DNA of 60,370 bases, filler included, from Hausera hauseri (taxonomy: Eukaryota): assembly GCA_046269625.1 (NCBI GenBank). It is 11 parts of 11 records of this genome, joined end to end, with 100 filler letters (N's around TTAATTAATTAA, not from the genome) between each part and the next. Parts side by side here need not be neighbours in the genome. Positions count along the whole stretch, not along the records: positions 50,061 to 54,358 come from JBJURY010649552.1; positions 54,459 to 60,370 come from JBJURY010169862.1; 9 more parts are not named here. One strand, written 5' to 3'. Shown here one piece after another: positions 51,700-60,370 of the stretch. The notes below the pieces were generated by a model that did not search any database, was not told where the DNA came from, and worked only from the letters and a program-made list of their open reading frames with translations. Position numbers and translations under genes: made by a program. Numbering within the stretch: position 1 is the stretch's first letter; each line of letters opens with the position of its first letter.

Positions 51700-52275
51700 G
51701 GTTTGTAAAACATAAACAAACTTCAAACTTGACTTGATGATAATGATGATTTTCGACGATGATTTTCACCGACTTACAATCGTCTGATCGTGAGGCAGCT
51801 ATAATATGAAAGGGACAACTATCGATGGGCTATGTACTCAATCCATTTCCACAACCGCCTGACTTGTGCAAGGAAAAATTTGGCCGTTTGAAATTTTCCC
51901 ATCGGCTTTTCACCATGTTCCCATGGTCCAACAACGTTGCAGCTGTATCCACTGCAATCGCCAATATCGATTTAACCCTTGTACACTGAGTGATAGCAAC
52001 ATGTTTCCCGTTATACGTGACATATTTCCTGTTTTGTTTCTTCCTCTTCTAGCGCCTCTCCCTTACATTTTAGTTACACCCCACCTATATTAACTTTTTT
52101 TCACCTCGTCACGCGCTATCGATATCACTTGGTCCAAAGTCCATTGCTCGATCTCCTTTTCGGCCACGGAGTCCTGCGAAATTTTTAGTCAAATGATCGG
52201 AATAACCAATCAAGTGGGAAAAGTGGTTTTCAGACCAATCAGAAAAGTGGGGTAGAGAGCTCACTTCTACCTACT
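51700..52275 (-). mobile_element. Polinton terminal repeat ending at 52275 (AGTAGGTAGAAGTGAG on the minus strand)
   Basis: Follows the capsid and protease genes. Homology with 17421 onward ends exactly at the AGT. Confidence 0.78.
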
Positions 52276-52900
52276 TGCACCGTTCCGATGAGCCACTTTA
52301 CATTGCAGACAAGAAACCTGAGCCCGTCATGTTCTTGTGACGGACGATGAGTCATACTTTGGAATCAAACTTGACATCATTTCAAGATAAAACGGCTTGT
52401 ACACGAAGTATTATGTCAGTAGTCCTTGCAATATCAGGTTCAATAGCGAGAAAAAATGCCCAATGTTTAGTGAACCATCTCCCTTAAAGCTATCCAGATA
52501 CCTCTCTTTTTTGACTGTGGGGTGACTAGTGAATTCTCCAGAGAATGTTGTATTCGTCAAAGATTGTTATCATTTCTTAACATACATCATGCTGGTGATT
52601 CAATTTTATTCTGGCCTGATAGGACAAGTGTTCATTACGCAGATACTGCGCTAGGTCTTATAATGGCGGAAACTGTACATAATGTCAAAAGGAGTCGAAT
52701 CCCGCAAGTGTTCTTCAAGCTCGATGATTGAAAACATTTGAAGCTAGTTAAAAGCCAGGGTATACCATCACTAGTTTCAAACATAGGATCCGAAGTTCAA
52801 TCAGCAGAGTTTATCTCCAGTAAGTATAAATAAATCTTGCTAATATTCCAACAAAACTCCTCAAAGTATCATGTTATAGTGTTCACAGTGTCTTGAACTA
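52276..52900 (+). pseudogene. IS630-Tc1-mariner DD37E-type transposase fragment
   Basis: HVLVTDDESYF and ECCIRQRLLSFLNIHH...ILFWPDRTSVHYA. Confidence 0.8.
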
Positions 52901-53519
52901 GCGTTGTTGATATTGTACATATATGCATTGATGAATCTTTTTTGTTATTTTGAAATTTGAAAAAGAATTTCATTGATTCCGTTCTTCTGTACTATTTGAC
53001 AATTTTGTGTTTTCCGTTAGTAAACGAAAATAGAGTGTTAATGAAATTGATTATAAGATACCAATATATAACAATAAAATTTGTTACTGTTACAAAATTC
53101 ATGTGGCTCTTTTCTATCCACCGAACTTACAAGCAAAGCCACAAACTTCAACCTTTGTAGATTTCAAACGAAAAAGTGAATAAAAGGTTGAAAATTATTG
53201 AAAGCAATTAATTGACATCACAAAAGCCGTCATTCTTACAAAGAAACACATCTAACTGCTAGTTGAAGTTTAAAATGTTTTAAACGTTCTATAGGTACAA
53301 AATTTTATGCTGATTAACTATACGAAAAATTTTTTCCAAAGCTAAGATTATATAACATGGGTTTCTAAATATTACGTCATTTTGCAATTCTATTATTTTT
53401 CCCTTAACCTGCATTAGAGTTCTAAAATTTCATAAAAATTTTCGTTTATAATATAATTTATATAATTTTGTTTGGTACTGTTGAACAATAAAAATTTTAG
53501 AATTTTTCAAATTTCGGGA

Positions 53520-53567
53520 AGGGGTGGGGGGCGATTTATTCCAAAACCCCCTTTGCGTACGCCACTG
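53520..53567. repeat. Possible hAT-type MITE terminus (CAGTGGCGTACGCAAAGGGGG on the minus strand)
   Basis: Common CAGTGGCGTA terminal motif; no partner end found. Confidence 0.35.
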
Positions 53568-53768
53568 GTTGGTGATAATAAGAAAGTATGCTCTTCATCA
53601 TCATAATTAGAAACAAAAATATTTTTCATTAAATGGAGAATTTCCGATTGAAGCCAAGCATGTCCACAATCGAATTGTTTACCAATAAGATTATGATCAA
53701 ATGACATTTTTTCTTCGGAGAAGTGAGAAATGTTATGTGGCAATGTTTGTACAAAATATGTTATTTAA

Positions 53769-54200
53769 CCCTTAAACGCTGCTATGAGTCATTTTGACCC
53801 TATGAAAATTTTGAGTCATCATCTTATTTTCAATTTTCTCATATCATTATGAAATTCAGTGACTTCAATGTCAAAAATAAAGTCAAAAAGATGATGCACA
53901 GTTTTTGCATAACGGGTTCTAACAGGATTTACAATGCTGAAAGGTTTTGTTTTTCTTGCACTGCCGGCAGTGCAGTCGTGCACCAGTTATAACTGGAGGC
54001 TTCTCTTGGGCACTAGCTTCATCAGGAGCGTTTGAAATTACACAAATATTTTGGTGCTCATCTATTATACCTCCGCATAGTTCAGCACTAAGTGTAAATG
54101 TGTTCCATGACTCGATTTATTTCTGCATACAATGCACCGGGAAAATATCCAACAAGAACACGTACGGTTTTTGGTATCGTATCCGACCATAACTGGTCGT
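53769..54200 (-). mobile_element. piggyBac 3' remnant
   Basis: Minus-strand RLHCRQCKKTK..HCKSC.NPLCKNC (Cys-rich tail). Terminus gggtcaaaatgactc...aagggTTAA, with TTAA at 53765-53768. Confidence 0.7.
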
Positions 54201-54458
54201 AAATACAGGAACCACGAAATAAATGTCATACCCAATTACTAAAGCTTTGTGATCACGATTGAATATTAAATCCATTATTCAGTACTGATAAATAACAAAA
54301 TTGAAAGCAAGAAAAACTGTATAATTGACTACTAAATATAACATACACGTTTCAAATTNNNNNNNNNNNNNNNNNNNNNNNNNNNNNNNNNNNNNNNNNN
54401 NNTTAATTAATTAANNNNNNNNNNNNNNNNNNNNNNNNNNNNNNNNNNNNNNNNNNNN

Positions 54459-54573
54459 GACATCTACGTCGTCGAATCTATCCGTCCGTGCGGGTGTGCG
54501 CATCAAGCACGCTTCGGATTGGCTGCATGGGGGGGGCCCGGGGGTGAGCCAGGACCGGCATTTTTATACTACT
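54459..54573 (-). mobile_element. GC-rich element end terminating in ACTACT (AGTAGTATAAAAATG on the minus strand); Polinton-like terminus
   Basis: Sharp GC-to-AT transition exactly at the ACTACT. Confidence 0.5.
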
Positions 54574-56035
54574 AATTTATCCATGTCTCATTATATTTCT
54601 AATTATTGTAAACCAAGTAAAACCTTATTACTTGAGTAGAAAGGTCATATCTGTTAACAAACTGACAGGTGGCATTACGTTTATTACAGTCCTCTTTATT
54701 AATCTCAGGTTCGTGTGTTTGAAAGAGAAATCCGCACTACTGAAATTTGTGTACAATATCTCTAATGTTACTTGTTTATCAGAGAGAAATGACCCAATTG
54801 GAAATAACCTTGAAGTTTGTGTTCCACTATTTGTTGCGATGTCGACAACACAAATAATGTTTCCCGTATTGAAAATGATAAATGGTTTGTACCGACAAAT
54901 TTCGATTTAGACTCATTGGATGAATGATCCGATTCCTGAAGATGATGAAATCGATAAAAAAGAAGGAAGATAGTGTGAAAAACTGAGCAAATACCAACAT
55001 TACATGTACGACAGTTTTTGTCGTCGTTTCTGAAATTTAGTTTTCCTGGTGTCATTATTGGTATTGGAATAGTCATATCAACACCTCTGATTTTTTTAAA
55101 TGTCGTACAAGAGTTTTCCTTCGACCGTTTGAATAATTTTCTAATTATGAAAATTACGGCCTACTGTATTAGTATTATTGTTACAGTAATTTATCGGAAT
55201 GTTGTTCGCAATTGGGAACGAAAATAAAATGGCCAATCGGATACTGATAGTTTTGCGATAAATACTGGTACGTTTGGACAGATGATAAGTTGTGTAACGA
55301 TAATAATATCGAGTGTTAGTTTGAAATTGAAATACTCAAATGATTTAAACATGATTTATCGTCTGCATTTGAACATCATTGCGTACGACATTCAATCAAT
55401 TCAAGTTGTTCGTCAAATGCTTTTATCTCAAGAGATTATTTATCGATGTGAACAATTGGTAATGGTTCCAATAAAATGCAATGTTTCAATGCCGGATCAC
55501 ATTGAGTTTGGGTTTTGTAACATTTCGATTAAAGAAAATTACTTACTATTGACATACTGTTCGTACAGCTCTCTCGCATATTCAGTTGTTTGCCACCAAC
55601 GAAGGAAAAACCGTTAGTACCAGATAACCGAATTCGGGCCAATGCCGAAATATTTTATGATGACTCGAGAAATGAAATATTCATCATCAATACGAAAAAA
55701 AGTGATGAATCGTCATGTTCTCCAATTGCCAATAAAGGTGGCCTGTTGTTTACCGAAATAAAACGATGCACGAAATAATTGATCCTTTGGACTCGTCCAC
55801 GTCGAACATCCCCCTGCCATACACTCCACGAGAGTATCTGAACTTTAGCGAAATTTCTGACGTCGTCAATAAGGATAATCCAGTCGAGAGAACATGTCAG
55901 AATTGCAAAATCCAGCAGAAGTCCTACCATCAGAGGCATTCAGACACAGGTTGGTGAGATTCTTTTTGCTGATTTGCACCCACCAATGCGATCATTTTGC
56001 CACTACTCCCCGGGTGGTACGCTTAAGCCTCTCCC

Positions 56036-57362
56036 TTGTCCAAACGAAAACCGCATATACCAACCTTTGCTCATATTACCTCACAGCAATTTTCCTTTCT
56101 TGTTTTTAGCAATAACCAGCATATAAAAACCATAAGAGCTCCACTCAACGACATAGCACAGCTCTTATACAACTCTTTGTCCTCCTTATTTAATACTTCT
56201 GACTTCTACTTCACCTATCAAGGTCTTAATATACATACTTCTGACTCTCTTTCACTGTTTACATGTCATGATCATCATGTCATTCATTCCACGCTTCACT
56301 TCTGCCTTCGGGGTAGATCGGACCCAAATCCATCTTTCTCGGATTTCAAATCTACAAATACATGCAATATCTATCGCTTACCAAACTCGCAACAACCATA
56401 AGCTTCGCTGAATCTATCTTGTGTGGATTTTTTTCTTGACAAAAACAATTGCAGTAAACCGCGGCTCCAATTCCACCAACAGTGGTTAAAATCTAACAAT
56501 ATCACTGATTCTTTTGTGCGAACCAACAGTCTTTTAATTCTTCTGCCTGGTAACGTTAAGCAGCTGATCAGCAACATCTCCAAACTGCTTCAATCCTCGA
56601 CACGTTACGAAACACTCTGTGAGGCTGTACTCCATATCACGGATCCTTCGATAGACAATATTATACAAAAATACTTCAACTACCATGCCATAGGAAACCA
56701 AAAGCCATCCGATTTTTTCCAAACGGCAATTTTGCAGCTTAGCGCCTTAGGCGTAACGCCTACGAATAACGTGGACCTAATTCGCCGTTATTTCTTGCCG
56801 TCTTTGCCCACCTCAATTAGCGCCCTGCTTACTGTCGTCGACGAGTCTACTGCTATTGAAAAACTGGCCATAATGGCTGATAAGTCCTTTGAAATCCTCC
56901 ATACAAATAATCCTCTCCCAATTGCGGCTGCAACCACACAAGCGCCAGCTACAGACACAACATTCTTCACTCAACAATTGCAAATGATGCAACAACAATT
57001 TGACACATTACAGCAGTCCATTTCGGCCATTACCGCCTAACTGAACAATCTTAATGGACCACAGCAAAGTGAAGCTAGACATTCAAGGAAGCGAAGCACT
57101 TCAAAATACTACGCGATCCATTTCACCTGGCGGAATCATGGCTTGCCTCTATCATACGAGGCTTCGAAAGGATGCAAGGAAATGTTTCTTGGGCTGCCGA
57201 TTCTATAGTGAACGATACGCCGTAGACAACCCTATTTGCATCTGCCATAATAAATACAAACCACAGGCCAGTTCATGTGTACCTGATGACAAATATTACC
57301 AAAATAAATCTTTTCCTTTTTCCTCCCCTTCTTCTTTTTCTCCAAATCCTTCAAAAAACTAA
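56036..57362 (+). pseudogene. gag: Ty3/Gypsy gag preceded in frame by a ubiquitin-like domain
   Basis: FYFTYQGLNI....SL......HSTLHFCLRGR, then Gag-like WLKSNNITDS..LP...YETLCEAVL, GNQKPSDF, FLPSLP..I...LA.MADK and two CxxH-x6-A-x2-C knuckles. Confidence 0.8.
57353..57359 (+). promoter_or_regulatory. Candidate -1 ribosomal frameshift slippery site (A AAA AAC) at the gag-pol junction
   Basis: The heptamer lies immediately before the gag stop, and the pol ORF at 57380 is in the -1 frame. Confidence 0.65.
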
Positions 57363-57379
57363 TAACTCTGCCAGATTCC

Positions 57380-60370
57380 ATGGAACATTCTGGTATAGGC
57401 AATACATTGAATTCTTCTGGCTGTCTTAATACCACCTTTGCAGTCTTTCTGTTGAAAGCTTCAATCTTCTCTGACAATTCATCAAATATAGACTTTCTAA
57501 TTGGCTCTGGAGCCGCCTTTTCCCTTTTACCGCTATCTTTTGCCACACCGTCCAACAATTTTTGTTCGCCTCAACTCTTCACAGCCAGTGGGCAGCCTTT
57601 GCGCATTGTTTGCACCACAGAGCTAACTTTTACCTTCCGTCACATACCAAACAAGTTTGTTTGGAAGTTCTTCATCGCTAACATAAATTCATCAATAATC
57701 AGCTCAGATTTCCTGGCTTCACACGATCTGATTTTTGATTGTAAATGCGGCTGTCCGCTGCGCAGGAACTCGATCGCAAATCTAATCAAATATCTCACAG
57801 ACAGTCTAGCGAGCGATACATTGCATTCCTCTGTAAATATGTTGAACGTCTCGTCAACTATTGACAAAACTTTCGATAAAGTCGGTATTCCTTCAACTAT
57901 GAATAACAATCACAAATCTATTTTAAAATAAAAATCCAAATTTGGTGTTGACAATGGCAATGCCAGTTGCTTTTCGTCAATTACTGCAAATGTTTCTACC
58001 TATGATATGCCTCAACCATTTTTATCTCTAGACCCCGATCTTGGATCATACATCACAACGTCTTGCTTTTCATAGTTAAAAGGGACATCAACTTCAAGCC
58101 TCCATCCTCAACTTATCATCATATAGTAACAGAGCATCAAAGGCCTATCAAACAAAAGGTCAGACCCTTGTAGCCACGCAGATGTAAAGCTGTGGAACAG
58201 GAATTTAATGAAGTGGAAAAGTCTGGCATCATTCGGAGATCGAATTCACTTTGGGCTTCTCCTCTTCATGTAGCGGAAAAGAAAGATGGGACTTATAGGC
58301 CATGCGGCGACTATCGTCAATTAAACAACCTGATTATTATAGATGCCTATCCACTACCACACATTAAGGATATCCTTCATAGCTTCAATAACACAATACC
58401 TATTCTACCATTGATCTGCACAAGGCCTATCATCAAATTCCTGTTGCACCTCATGATATACCAAAACCTGCTGTCCTCACACCATTTGGCCTTTATGAAT
58501 ACATTTTCATGCCTTTCGGCCTACGTAGAGCATCTCAGACCTTTCAACGCTATACTGATACCGTACTCTCAGGTCTTGATTTTGCTCATCCATATATAGA
58601 CGACATATTAGTCGCACCCACCTCCATAAAACAACATCATGAGAATCTTCGAATTATTTTCCACAGATTGCATCAAAGCAATATGCAAATTAATTTCTCC
58701 AAATGTAATTTCATCCAGAAACGCATCAACTTGTTAGGCCACATAATTACTTCGATGGTCATTTCCCCAGCCTGATTGTTTACAACAGTTGAAAAATGTG
58801 ACATTACCAATTACTACCACCGACATGAGGTGTTTTCTAGGGACACTGCATTTTGTACACAAATACGTGCCTCACTGCTCCGAACTAACGGCACCGTTCG
58901 CACCTCTCATCCGAGAAGAAAAGATAATTAATCCACTAGACTCCTGATCTAATACACCAATTTGATCGCCTTCGTGAAGGTCTGAAAACAGTTGAAATCT
59001 TGGCTTTTCCAAAACCCAACTCGGAACTAATACTAACCACCGAGACCTCAACCAGAGCCACTGATGCGATATTACACAAGATATACAATGGTGTCGATGA
59101 GCCGTTAGAATTTTATTCCCGAAAGCTCACGCATCCAGAAAGTCGACACTCAACATTCAATCGTGATCTCCTGGCCATAGTTCTAGCGGTAAAGCATTTC
59201 AAGCATTTGCTTCTATCACGTCAATTTGTCATCCAAACCGACCATAAGCTTCTACTTTATATCATGACGTTAAAACAGCCTTCACCTGTCGACGTTTAGC
59301 TTTTTTATGAAATATATTTTAGGCACCGAAAATTTAGTAGCAGACTTTCTGTAGAGGTCGATGAGCTCAATCACAGTTAAGCCAATATTCTCCTCTGAAA
59401 TCCTGAGAAGTAATTAGATATTATCTGATATTCTCCAAGCTTTTAAGTCTGTTGAGATCATTGATGGCATCGCCTACGACACTTCCAACTCGACTAATAA
59501 AAAAATCATTTTTGTTCCATCGTTACAAAAGACAACTTTCATTCATTTTCACTCTCTTCATCATCTTGGTTCGAAAGCCACATTTCGTCTACTGCAATTC
59601 CACGTTGTATGGCCAATTATGCGTACAGATGTACAGGTTTTGGTTAAGGGATGCGTAACATGTCAGCAATATAAAGTCCATAAACACCTCAAACCACCAC
59701 TTTACCACTTCCCTTGTACGTCTCGTTTTGACACAGTTCATTTGGATTTTGTCGGCTTTTTACCATCCGACAACGGTTATCAATACATCTTATCTATGAT
59801 GGATCGCGCTTTTCGCTGGTCGGAAGCCTTTCCTCTTCCATCAACCAATACCGATTCGGTAGCAGATGCATTTATCAAGATATTGGTCAGCCGTTTCGGC
59901 TCAACACGTCACATCACAACGGACCAGGGTCCGCAATTTGAAGCTGATCTTTTTAAATCTTTGGTAAAGCACTTGGGGATAGCCCATTTCCATATAACTC
60001 CGTACCATCCCAAATTAAATGGTCTTCTTGAGAGATTTCACCGTACCATGAAGATTTCCTTAAAAATTTTGGCAAACAATAATCATAACTGGACCTCAAT
60101 TTTTCCTCTTGTCTTACTCGGTTGGCGTAACACGCCATCCACCACCACAGCTTGTGTTCCAGGAGAGGCTTTCTTTGATATACCAATTCGTGCCCTATTT
60201 GAGCTCGCCAACCTCGATGAAAGCCCGTCAGATGAATTTATTCGTGCCGCACAGTCCCACTTTGTCGATGTCAGCTCAAACGCCTTTTGTCGCCTTATAA
60301 ATAAAGACAAATCATATATTCCAGAGGACTTATACTCAGCCAAGTTTGTATGGCTGAAAAATCCTTCACC
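57380..60370 (+). pseudogene. pol: Ty3/Gypsy pol (PR-RT-RNase H-IN), decayed, runs off the window
   Basis: FLIGSGA, WASPLHV..KKDGTYRPCGDYRQLN, MPFGLRRASQTFQR, YIDDILVA, PLEFYSRKL, TDHK, VHLDFVG, TTDQGPQFE. Confidence 0.95.

Noticed and set aside
55700-55960. 5' LTR and PBS of the last Gypsy element (TGGTG at ~55952)
   Set aside because: No second LTR in the window to define boundaries, and the tRNA match cannot be verified.

Overview
AT-rich eukaryotic (probably ciliated invertebrate) DNA. It is 11 short contigs joined by artificial 100-bp linkers (44 N + TTAATTAATTAA + 44 N), so adjacency across linkers has no biological meaning. Almost all of it is decayed mobile DNA. (1) Polinton/Maverick (adintovirus-like) remnants: five protein-primed PolB pieces, packaging ATPase, major capsid protein, adenain protease, DEDD-like and IAP-like accessory genes, and several AGTA-starting termini. 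(2) Tc1, DD37E and piggyBac relics. (3) A 67-68-bp satellite. (4) A Ty3/Gypsy element whose Gag appears to be preceded in frame by a ubiquitin-like domain. (5) The main candidate for a new system: three related copies (19015-28548 +, 28649-34135, 38554-43439 -) of a large enveloped Ty3/Gypsy-type retroelement. Its chuvirus/herpes-gB-like glycoprotein lies UPSTREAM of pol and is fused in frame to the protease. It also carries a ubiquitin-like/AT-hook ORF, an FN3-like membrane protein and a DEDDh exonuclease-fold ORF. Host sequence is limited to an axonemal dynein heavy-chain pseudogene and a TRAF-like RING start. All family calls come from motif recognition by eye; no searches were run.
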